From IMG/VR virus record IMGVR_UViG_3300032665_000019: a stretch of 20,000 nucleotides of DNA, one strand, 5' to 3'. The position numbers and the translations under genes are program-made. Shown piece after piece: positions 8,559-15,525 of this stretch. This stretch comes from an uncultured virus (IMG/VR IMGVR_UViG_3300032665_000019) (lineage: Duplodnaviria; Heunggongvirae; Uroviricota; Caudoviricetes). Under the pieces are notes generated by a model that had not been told where the DNA came from, did not search any database, and was given only the letters and a program-made list of their open reading frames with translations. Position 1 is the stretch's first letter, and each line of letters begins with the position of its first letter.

Positions 8559-9143
8559 TTAATCCCTTATTACCGGTTCAAATTGCCACCCGTTGGCGTT
8601 TAATTTGCACAATGCAATAATCTTCTTTTGATTGATACCAGTTTGTTTATTTGCAATATTAGCACTCGGAAACGTTCCAAAGGGAGTAATGTAATACCCT
8701 TTAAATTTAGGATGATTGATTCCCGTTTTCTTTTCACTCATTATCTTTTTAACCTCCGCGCTTACTTTCGTCCCTGTCTTCCAGTGGTCCGCGCCGGATA
8801 CAATCTTATGCAGTCCTGTTTTAAAGGCATGAGTTATATTTTCGGATATAGTGGACCATTCAAGATTGCTTATATTATTGTTCGATTTATTGCCGTCTTT
8901 ATGGTTTACCCAAATTTCACTTTTAATTTCCGGTTTTTGGATCCATTGTTCACATACTAACCTGTGTATATATTGCCACCTGCTCCCGTCGCTATTAGTA
9001 AGCCATAGCATTTTATAACCGCTATTATCATGCTCATTCATTATTCTGTTTTTATACAATGAATAAACCAATCCGGTTTTACTTATTAAATACTTATCAT
9101 AGCCTTTTAGAGGGTAAAATTCGATCCCATCAATTAATTTCAT
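8559..9143 (-). CDS. HNH homing endonuclease with NUMOD4-like N-terminus and NUMOD3-like repeat
   Basis: YLISKTGLVYS..GYKML (NUMOD4-like); IHRLV...VNHKDGNKSNNNISNLEWSTISENITH (HNH); GTKVSAEVKKIMSEKKTG (NUMOD3-like). Confidence 0.9.
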   Translation of the reverse strand: MKLIDGIEFYPLKGYDKYLISKTGLVYSLYKNRIMNEHDNSGYKMLWLTNSDGSRWQYIHRLVCEQWIQKPEIKSEIWVNHKDGNKSNNNISNLEWSTISENITHAFKTGLHKIVSGADHWKTGTKVSAEVKKIMSEKKTGINHPKFKGYYITPFGTFPSANIANKQTGINQKKIIALCKLNANGWQFEPVIRD

Positions 9144-9164
9144 AAATTATTGTTTTAGTTAGCA

Positions 9165-9172
9165 CAAATATA
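9165..9172 (-). promoter_or_regulatory. -7 promoter element (TATATTTG) for the HNH gene
   Basis: TAnnTTTG about 21 nt upstream of ATG 9143. Confidence 0.65.
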
Positions 9173-9282
9173 AGTATTAATTATAAGTATCTCAACTGCC
9201 TGATTCTGTTTTGTTTACGCTGAATAATTGAAGGAATAGAAGGACTGAGGCTTACCCCTCTTACTATATCGATAAAACCGAT

Positions 9283-9290
9283 TAATTTTG
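9283..9290 (+). promoter_or_regulatory. -7 promoter element (TAATTTTG), divergent from the HNH promoter
   Basis: TAnnTTTG about 48 nt upstream of ATG 9339. Confidence 0.55.
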
Positions 9291-9338
9291 CGTTATTGAT
9301 AGATAAAATCGATTAGTACCTACAAGCAAGCTGGAAAT

Positions 9339-9821
9339 ATGAGCACACAAATAAGCACTCTCCGTATGACATACACCGAAACGAACGCTGCGGGGTTGAT
9401 TACAGACAAACGGAATATAACTAAAATGCTGCTCGAATACCTTTCGCGCGAATATCCGGCATGCCTTCCTTCCTTTGGGTCCGCGAAATTTAAACAAGAG
9501 CGGCAAAAAATAGTGGAATCATTCAAAGGGCATATAGTGAGCAATGGAAAAACTGCAATGTTTGGCGGTTTGGATGGATTTGAAACAGTTGAGAGTAAGA
9601 TGTACGCATTTGTTTACGATTATTTCCGATACAGGTCGCTGGAAAGGGAATATAAAGAATTTTTGAGCGTATGTAGGGTATCTGAGGCTGAAATGGCAGC
9701 ACATTTCGGGTATAAAACGCGTGTTAGTTGGATGAATAGTTGCGGGCGGATTAAGCGCGTCGCGGAGCTGGTCACATACTGGCGGGTAATTAAAAAGTAT
9801 GTGGAACCAGTGAGAATATAG
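9339..9821 (+). CDS. Hypothetical protein with a possible C-terminal helix-turn-helix
   Basis: 160 aa ORF with ATG start and an upstream promoter element; VSEAEMAAHFGYKTRVSWMNS resembles an HTH. Confidence 0.65.
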   Translation: MSTQISTLRMTYTETNAAGLITDKRNITKMLLEYLSREYPACLPSFGSAKFKQERQKIVESFKGHIVSNGKTAMFGGLDGFETVESKMYAFVYDYFRYRSLEREYKEFLSVCRVSEAEMAAHFGYKTRVSWMNSCGRIKRVAELVTYWRVIKKYVEPVRI

Positions 9822-9872
9822 CGAGGCGTATATGCCCCTGATCCTCCGTATATTTCCCCTCCTTTCCTGTTC

Positions 9873-10240
9873 AAAAGTGCTGTAAATGCTTAACTTAATG
9901 ATATTCAAGATATTACCCAATTTGTATACATCCGTATATCATTTTTCTAAGAGGTTCCTAAAATAAAAAGGTATTTTTTTAACTTAACCCTTACTTAACC
10001 TTAACCCTTACTTAACCATGATAATACCTTATTTACTTACCTTTTATATAGAAGTACTGTAAATGCTGTATATAGTGTATAAAAGTCAAGCTGGATAAGG
10101 GTTTGAGCATTTACAGCGATTTGTAAGTTGCTGTAAATAATAAGGGGTCTGCTGTATACATAGATTATGTTGTAAGTGACATGATACATTTTACTATATT
10201 TAACATATACTTAAATCTAAATTTTAACAAATTTTAACAT
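9873..10240. repeat. Iteron-like direct/inverted repeats with AT-rich tracts; candidate replication origin
   Basis: ctgtaaat(gct) at about 9880, 10057 and 10131, and inverted at 10106-10117; perfect tandem ttaacccttacttaacc at 9984-10000 and 10001-10017; attttaaca at 10221 and 10231. Confidence 0.55.
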
Positions 10241-10309
10241 TTAGTTAGGCTTATTTGAATTTTAGCGGTTAAATATAGGTTATTGCGAGGATAATAGCGG
10301 CATAACCCT

Positions 10310-10317
10310 TATTTTTG
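10310..10317 (+). promoter_or_regulatory. -7 promoter element (TATTTTTG) for the early gene cluster
   Basis: TAnnTTTG about 38 nt upstream of ATG 10356. Confidence 0.45.
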
Positions 10318-10355
10318 CTTTTAAAACCATGCCGGCAATGGTAACCGGTTAAATT

Positions 10356-10592
10356 ATGGATATAAAAATAAAAGTAAACGGTCGTCCTACTAAGCAGGCG
10401 GAGGCTATTAGTTATATAACGCAAAATAACCCGTTGGTATGCACAGTATGGATTTCTGAGCAATTTGTATTAAAATTTCTATGTCTAAATTTTACAGATG
10501 AAATGGCAGCCGCAAAATATGCACAGCAATTATACCCGCTCGCGATGGGTATAACAGTAGACAAATTAAGCGCTAAAATATTACAGCCATGA
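10356..10592 (+). CDS. Hypothetical protein (78 aa)
   Basis: ATG start; its stop overlaps the next ATG (ATGA at 10589-10592). Confidence 0.7.
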   Translation: MDIKIKVNGRPTKQAEAISYITQNNPLVCTVWISEQFVLKFLCLNFTDEMAAAKYAQQLYPLAMGITVDKLSAKILQP

Positions 10593-10912
10593 GAAAAAAA
10601 AGAATAGAAAATGTAGAAATAACCCGTGACATGTTAATTCGAGCGTTAAAAATGGATGAGGATCAATTTAACAATTTAAAAATTACAGCGGCTGAGTTAA
10701 ATAAAATACCTATGGGTAAATTCCTAAAAGTAGACGGCAGTATTATTTTATACTTGCAGCTAAAAAATTTCTTAGTAGAATGTGGGTTGAAAGTTGTAGT
10801 TAGAATAATATACAATGAAAGGAGTAAATGTATAACTTATAAGAGATTACCGGCTGATTTTGGGTATATGGAAGAACCATACAAATGTATTATTGGACCA
10901 AAAAAAATGTAG
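10589..10912 (+). CDS. Hypothetical protein (107 aa, basic)
   Basis: ATGA-coupled to the previous gene; AT-rich phage-like codon use. Confidence 0.7.
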   Translation: MRKKRIENVEITRDMLIRALKMDEDQFNNLKITAAELNKIPMGKFLKVDGSIILYLQLKNFLVECGLKVVVRIIYNERSKCITYKRLPADFGYMEEPYKCIIGPKKM

Positions 10913-10987
10913 CTGCCATGACATTAACCGCTCATCCTGGATTCAAACCGCTCATCATTTTATTTTGCCGCTTGTCACTATCCACTT

Positions 10988-11016
10988 GCCCACCAACTGC
11001 GGTGGGCTTAGTTTTG
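10988..11016 (+). terminator. Possible terminator/attenuator hairpin
   Basis: gcccacc-aactgc-ggtgggc followed by ttagtttt. Confidence 0.45.
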
Positions 11017-11070
11017 GGGTATTAAAAAAACAATTGCAACCCGTTAGGCAATTAAAATAAGCGGGATAAC

Positions 11071-11970
11071 ATGAGAAATCTAAGCAAATTAGCGCATGAC
11101 ATTATAAGTGATTGTCGCTACGTAAACTACGTTAGCTATATTACAAAAAAGGTAACGAAAGGTCAAGCAGGAGAATTTAAAGTAAAAGATTTAAATGAAG
11201 AAATTGAAAGAATTTTTCCGATCCGGCAAAAAAGAAATGAGTACAAAGAGTTTTGCAAGCTAACATTCAGGCAGGTATTATGGGCAAAGTATCAGGGCAA
11301 GGCGGATAAGATTGCAAAATTTTTACCTGACATGAGTTACTCAATGGGGCAGTTCAATAATTTTTATGTAAATAAAACTTCTTTAAACGGTTTCTTCAGT
11401 AACGCTACTGAATATAGTAAAAGTTGTAAATATAAGGCTACTCATGGGAGTATAGACTTACGACTTACATCAAAGGAATTTTTAAGCACTGAAGTTATTG
11501 CAGGTGTAATAACAATTTACGGGAAAAAAATAGGGAAAGATTTGTTTAAATGCCAGTGGATTGAAGGTAAAGGGATCAAACAAAATACACATTGTGTAAA
11601 GGTAGATGGCTATATATACAGAGATTATCATTTTACAGCGGCTAACGATAAAGAAGCGATAGAAGTTGCAAGGCAAAGAAAACAAAGATTGATTGAACTG
11701 GAATTGCGGGCTAAAAATGAGCAGAAATTAAGGCAATTATGCGAAACATTACCGCTTAATCGGATATTCGTTGAAGTAAATGATAGTTTAAATTCCGGCA
11801 ATTGTCTGATTGGTACGCAAAGTTTTGCGAGTGCAATTGGTATAGATTTGTCCGTTACCGGAGCGGTAAGGGCAGACTTTATTTACGAAAAAAGAAATGG
11901 AAGGGAAGGGTTTGTGTTAAAAGCAATTAACCAGGCTAAGATGAGATATATAACAAAAAATTTAATTTAA
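11071..11970 (+). CDS. Hypothetical phage protein (299 aa)
   Basis: Long ORF; the C-terminal DSLNSGNCLIGTQSF segment looks like a conserved motif; no family recognised with confidence. Confidence 0.8.
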   Translation: MRNLSKLAHDIISDCRYVNYVSYITKKVTKGQAGEFKVKDLNEEIERIFPIRQKRNEYKEFCKLTFRQVLWAKYQGKADKIAKFLPDMSYSMGQFNNFYVNKTSLNGFFSNATEYSKSCKYKATHGSIDLRLTSKEFLSTEVIAGVITIYGKKIGKDLFKCQWIEGKGIKQNTHCVKVDGYIYRDYHFTAANDKEAIEVARQRKQRLIELELRAKNEQKLRQLCETLPLNRIFVEVNDSLNSGNCLIGTQSFASAIGIDLSVTGAVRADFIYEKRNGREGFVLKAINQAKMRYITKNLI

Positions 11971-11974
11971 AAAC

Positions 11975-12178
11975 ATGAAAATGAACATGAAAAAACAAAA
12001 CACAATTCTAACCACTGCCGCAATAGTCGCGCTGTTACTGGCGCTATGTTTTGTGGGGTGCACCCCCACCGGTAAATGTCTGGCAAATGATAAGAGCTGG
12101 TTTTACAAACAGCAAGGGGTAAGACATTTTAAAGCGATAAACCAATTAGCCCTATTTGGCAGGAGGCAGCAACCATGA
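11975..12178 (+). CDS. Small putative lipoprotein
   Basis: Basic N-terminus, hydrophobic stretch and lipobox-like LCFVG-C; ATGA overlap with the next gene. Confidence 0.65.
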   Translation: MKMNMKKQNTILTTAAIVALLLALCFVGCTPTGKCLANDKSWFYKQQGVRHFKAINQLALFGRRQQP

Positions 12179-12585
12179 AATATTTTATTAAAAAAACGGG
12201 CGATAAGTTCGCCCTTATCCCGCTGGATCCGTCAGGCGCCACATACTTTTCACCTTACATATCTGAACTGCCCAAAGTACAGGTAATCAGCACCCGCGCG
12301 GCGCTGGACCACTTAACGCGGGATGAATTCAGGGTTTTGCTCAGGCACGTATCCGGTAGTCATTCTTTTTTCTGGCAAGGGAAATTGAAGGTAGATAGCA
12401 AGGCGCGGCAGTATGCAGGAATGATTCAGGAAGCGTACTGGCTGCGATTTGATCCGTACAATGACCCGCCAGTAAGAGAGGCTGGTATTAATCCGGTGAA
12501 CGCGACCGGTATTAATCCGGTGAACGCGACCGGCGCGGGATTAGCGCGCGTATCTAACCCATTCAGTTCACCATTAAACCCCTAA
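12175..12585 (+). CDS. Hypothetical protein (136 aa)
   Basis: ATGA-coupled; contains a duplicated GINPVNAT. Confidence 0.7.
   Translation: MKYFIKKTGDKFALIPLDPSGATYFSPYISELPKVQVISTRAALDHLTRDEFRVLLRHVSGSHSFFWQGKLKVDSKARQYAGMIQEAYWLRFDPYNDPPVREAGINPVNATGINPVNATGAGLARVSNPFSSPLNP
12484..12531 (+). repeat. Perfect 24-bp in-frame tandem duplication
   Basis: ggtattaatccggtgaacgcgacc at 12484-12507 and 12508-12531. Confidence 0.95.
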
Positions 12586-12587
12586 CC

Positions 12588-12692
12588 ATGGCAAATTTCA
12601 ATAGAAAACCGCCGCGTATCCGTAAGAGGGACGTAATAGTTGAGGTTGCATTTATCTTATTTTTTCTTTACGCGATAAGTAAAATGCTATGA
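12588..12692 (+). CDS. Small single-TM protein (34 aa), below the ORF-track cutoff
   Basis: MANFNRKPPRIRKRDVIVEVAFILFFLYAISKML*; starts 2 nt after the upstream stop; basic N-terminus followed by a hydrophobic helix. Confidence 0.55.
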   Translation: MANFNRKPPRIRKRDVIVEVAFILFFLYAISKML

Positions 12693-12741
12693 GTACGCCA
12701 GCGCAACAAAGGGCGCAACCCTGGGTTAATTCCAGGCGAAT

Positions 12742-12766
12742 ATCTTGCGTCCCGGCAGTTAGAATT
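12742..12766 (+). promoter_or_regulatory. Copy 1 of the 25-bp early-region motif
   Basis: atcttgcgt-cc-cggc-agt-tag-aatt. Confidence 0.6.
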
Positions 12767-12789
12767 CCGGCAAACAATAACTTTACAAT

Positions 12790-13305
12790 ATGAAACATAA
12801 CAAACCCTGCCAACCATGCACCTTTAATTTAGTCCGCCAGCCCATCGCCTGGGATCGTGACCAGGTTATTGCCAGGCTGCGTATGATCCCGCAAAAAACA
12901 CTATTCGGGGCAAGCATACGGCACTACCTGAATAGCGATGAGCGGTCCGATGTGGATATATGGGAGCATTGTGTTCAAATGGTAAAGGATCAGATAAGGG
13001 ACGCGCCGGAAGGGACAGCCGGTATCCTTGGAGAAAACTCATTTATTTACTTCAAATATCTAATGTATGAAAAAAATAACATTCAGGAATTATGGCAAAT
13101 AGCCGCACATTTTTACCACACTCATACAGCCGCATGCGATTGCGTGCTGGCAGTTACCGCTTGTTTTATCTGGCTATTGTGGGAGATAAGACGAGAGTCG
13201 AGAGAATCTATCCAGTCGCGCCAATGGGGAAATGAACGCCCCTATATGAAAATAGAAAAAGGAGGCAAATTGACATGGGACTGGGAGGAGAACAAAGAGG
13301 CGTAA
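12790..13305 (+). CDS. Hypothetical protein (171 aa) with a possible membrane segment
   Basis: ATG start after motif copy 1; hydrophobic stretch CVLAVTACFIWLLW. Confidence 0.6.
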   Translation: MKHNKPCQPCTFNLVRQPIAWDRDQVIARLRMIPQKTLFGASIRHYLNSDERSDVDIWEHCVQMVKDQIRDAPEGTAGILGENSFIYFKYLMYEKNNIQELWQIAAHFYHTHTAACDCVLAVTACFIWLLWEIRRESRESIQSRQWGNERPYMKIEKGGKLTWDWEENKEA

Positions 13306-13339
13306 CTTCTATGGCCGATTCACTTAACCCCGCGCGTAC

Positions 13340-13364
13340 ATCTTGCGTCACGGCAATTAAAATT
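13340..13364 (+). promoter_or_regulatory. Copy 2 of the 25-bp early-region motif
   Basis: atcttgcgt-ca-cggc-aat-taa-aatt. Confidence 0.6.
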
Positions 13365-13393
13365 CGTATTAATACAATAATTAAATACAAAAA

Positions 13394-14185
13394 ATGAAAA
13401 CAAAGCTGCAAATTAAAAAAAGGTTTTTAGGAAATGTAATTTTTGAATTAGAAACAGAAGATAATACTGTTAAAGATACTTTAATAGAAGCAGTAAAAAG
13501 CGGTGCAAACCTGCGCGGTGCAAACCTGCGCGGTGCAGACCTGAGCGGTGCAAACCTGCGCGGTGCAGACCTGCGCGGTGCAAACCTGCGCGGTGCAAAC
13601 CTGAACGGTGCAGACCTGCGCGGTGCAAACCTGCGCGGTGCAGACCTGAACGGTGCAGACCTGAGCGGTGCAGACCTGAGCGGTGCAGACCTGCGCGGTG
13701 CAGACCTGCGCGGTGCAAACCTGCGCGGTGCAGACCTGCGCGGTGCAAACCTGCGCGGTGCAAACCTCCTGCGCGGTGCAGACCTGAGCGATGCATACCT
13801 GAACGGTGCAGACCTGAGCGGTGCAGACCTGAGCGGTGCAGACCTGCGCGGTGCAGACCTGAACGGTGCAGACCTGAACGGTGCAGACCTGCGCGGTGCA
13901 GACCTGCGCGACGCAATAGGAGTTAGGGATTATATTTTTATCCCAGGAAGGTATTATTATAGCTCTTATTGTTTCTTTCAAGAAAAAACAAACGAATGGA
14001 TTATAAGACTAGGTTGTCATTGTCGGACATTGGCAGAATGGGAAAAAGATTTTTGGAACAACGATAAAGAGTTTCCTAACAATGGGTCTGTAAAAAGTCA
14101 AAAAAGGTTGTATTTATTTGAATTATATAAACAAATTATTACAACTATTAAATCACAGGATGAAAAAATTGCTAAGATTAATTAA
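13394..14185 (+). CDS. Pentapeptide-repeat protein
   Basis: 27 A(D/N)L(R/S/N)G-type repeats flanked by an N-terminal domain (IKKRFLGNVIFELETEDNT) and a C-terminal domain (IRLGCHCRTLAEWE, DUF5758-like), typical of phage pentapeptide proteins. Confidence 0.95.
   Translation: MKTKLQIKKRFLGNVIFELETEDNTVKDTLIEAVKSGANLRGANLRGADLSGANLRGADLRGANLRGANLNGADLRGANLRGADLNGADLSGADLSGADLRGADLRGANLRGADLRGANLRGANLLRGADLSDAYLNGADLSGADLSGADLRGADLNGADLNGADLRGADLRDAIGVRDYIFIPGRYYYSSYCFFQEKTNEWIIRLGCHCRTLAEWEKDFWNNDKEFPNNGSVKSQKRLYLFELYKQIITTIKSQDEKIAKIN
13502..13909 (+). repeat. 15-bp coding minisatellite, 27 units plus one 3-bp insertion
   Basis: Unit ggtgca(a/g)acctg(cgc/agc/aac); an extra Leu codon near 13766; one divergent unit gatgcatacctgaac. 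Confidence 0.95.
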
Positions 14186-14191
14186 ACAATC

Positions 14192-14548
14192 ATGTCAAAA
14201 TTCATTATTTCTCCAGTCACAACCTGGGATGACGAAAATCAGTTGTGGGAGACAAAAGTAGGGTTAGATGGGAAAGATATGCCATTACTGTATTCAGTAT
14301 GGCACAAAGAAGAAAGTCGCAGTCGGTTGCGGGCAATGGAGCTGGTGGAATGTCTGCAAATCGGTAATGCACAGCCAGGGAGAGTAACGGTCGGGAGGGA
14401 TATGGCTTACCGTACCGAATCTGATTTACGAATGAGGTTGGAAGTAGAACGCCAAATGAGGGATGAATGGCGACCAGTGTTTGACACAAACGCTATTGAA
14501 GATCGCATAAGCGAAATTAGCCAGGCAAAAGGAGGAACTCATGAATAA
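14192..14548 (+). CDS. Hypothetical protein (118 aa)
   Basis: ATG 6 nt after the upstream stop; overlaps the next gene by 8 nt. Confidence 0.7.
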   Translation: MSKFIISPVTTWDDENQLWETKVGLDGKDMPLLYSVWHKEESRSRLRAMELVECLQIGNAQPGRVTVGRDMAYRTESDLRMRLEVERQMRDEWRPVFDTNAIEDRISEISQAKGGTHE

Positions 14549-14936
14549 GCGAAATATGCTCGTAAATGTAGTAGTGATACTTGCTTTACTTACCCAGGTT
14601 ACACATGCAGCCTGGGTATTCCTGCGTATATCACGCGAGCCTGGGACATGGCATGAGCAAGTAATGTCCTATGTGTTTGCCGTATCCTTGGAGCTTAGTA
14701 TTTTTATCTTCACCATATTTAGTAAAAAAAGGACCGCTACATTTTTTGCAGTAGTCTCTACTTTGATAAACTTACTGTACTACTGGTTTACGGTCGCATT
14801 CACTTTAGAGTTTTGTGCCATGGTAGTTATTTCGCCTATAATACCGGTAACTATCTGGTTTTACTCAGAGCTGATCGATGAGATAAATCACAGAAGACCC
14901 GGAAGACCTCGTAATATCTTGCGTACCGGCGAATAA
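14541..14936 (+). CDS. Integral membrane protein (about 4 TM) with C-terminal AT-hook-like RRPGRPR
   Basis: Four hydrophobic segments; GRP core flanked by Arg; aggagg upstream of the ATG. Confidence 0.75.
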   Translation: MNKRNMLVNVVVILALLTQVTHAAWVFLRISREPGTWHEQVMSYVFAVSLELSIFIFTIFSKKRTATFFAVVSTLINLLYYWFTVAFTLEFCAMVVISPIIPVTIWFYSELIDEINHRRPGRPRNILRTGE

Positions 14937-14940
14937 GATT
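14916..14940 (+). promoter_or_regulatory. Copy 3 of the 25-bp early-region motif
   Basis: atcttgcgt-ac-cggc-gaa-taa-gatt, overlapping the stop of the membrane-protein gene. Confidence 0.55.
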
Positions 14941-14961
14941 TTACTTGCACTCGGAAAAACT

Positions 14962-14992
14962 AAGCCCCGCTAAGAATAGTCGGGGCTTTTTT
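14962..14992 (+). terminator. Rho-independent terminator between the convergent early and lysis operons (possibly bidirectional)
   Basis: aagccccg (14962-14969) / cggggctt (14981-14988) followed by a T-run; A-run upstream. Confidence 0.85.
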
Positions 14993-15051
14993 GGCTCTGC
15001 TGCAAATGAATGAACTTAACCAAAACAACTGCTTATGAGAAAATACAAACT

Positions 15052-15525
15052 TTAAATAAATATCTTATTGGCCGAATTAAGTAAACTTTGAAAATCACTT
15101 TTCGCCTCTGCCGTTTCCTCTTTGGGATTGCAAACCCAATGATCAAAGTAATCTTGCACGGTTACCATATTTCTTTGCTGAATTTTGATACACAATAAAT
15201 CAAAGGATATTTTGTAACCGTCTGCATCGCTGAAGCAAAGGAAACGTCTGCCATCACCTGCATTGTCTGTTTTCGTGCAGGTTGCTACTGGTGTACCTGG
15301 TAAGTTCTCCCATTGGCCTACATCTGCCTGAATACCTGCATAGTTATTGTTTACTCCATTATTGCCGTTACCGCTTTCATTGCGAAATATAGCATAAGCC
15401 ATACGGACGGTATCTTTCGTGTATTTGCCGATTAGGGTTCTTGCAAATGATACAACAAAGGGCATCCCGATACTTGTTTTTTGGTATGGGATTACCGGGA
15501 GTAATGGGTATGAGTTTTTTATCAT
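15052..15525 (-). CDS. Putative endolysin, lysozyme-like fold (GH73/glucosaminidase-like)
   Basis: AIFRNESGNG...NNYAGIQ resembles the (L)ESGxG...NNxxGI signature, followed by RFLCFSD; last gene of the lysis cassette. Confidence 0.6.
   Translation of the reverse strand: MIKNSYPLLPVIPYQKTSIGMPFVVSFARTLIGKYTKDTVRMAYAIFRNESGNGNNGVNNNYAGIQADVGQWENLPGTPVATCTKTDNAGDGRRFLCFSDADGYKISFDLLCIKIQQRNMVTVQDYFDHWVCNPKEETAEAKSDFQSLLNSANKIFI

Noticed and set aside
8559..9143. HNH gene as part of a group I intron or as a terminase-accessory HNH
   Set aside because: It is free-standing with its own promoter element and no interrupted host gene is evident; the NUMOD4/NUMOD3 architecture fits homing endonucleases, not gp74-type packaging HNH proteins.
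9282..9920. Several minus-strand ORFs overlapping 9339-9821
   Set aside because: They are antisense to the better-supported plus-strand gene, which has a promoter element and an HTH-like segment.
13502..13909. CRISPR array or DGR template/variable repeat
   Set aside because: The units are contiguous with no spacers and are in frame within a protein; no cas or reverse transcriptase gene and no separate template copy are visible in the window.
13470..13981. Antisense ORFs with AQVCT and RAGLH repeats
   Set aside because: They are shadows of the stop-free 15-bp repeat on the opposite strand.
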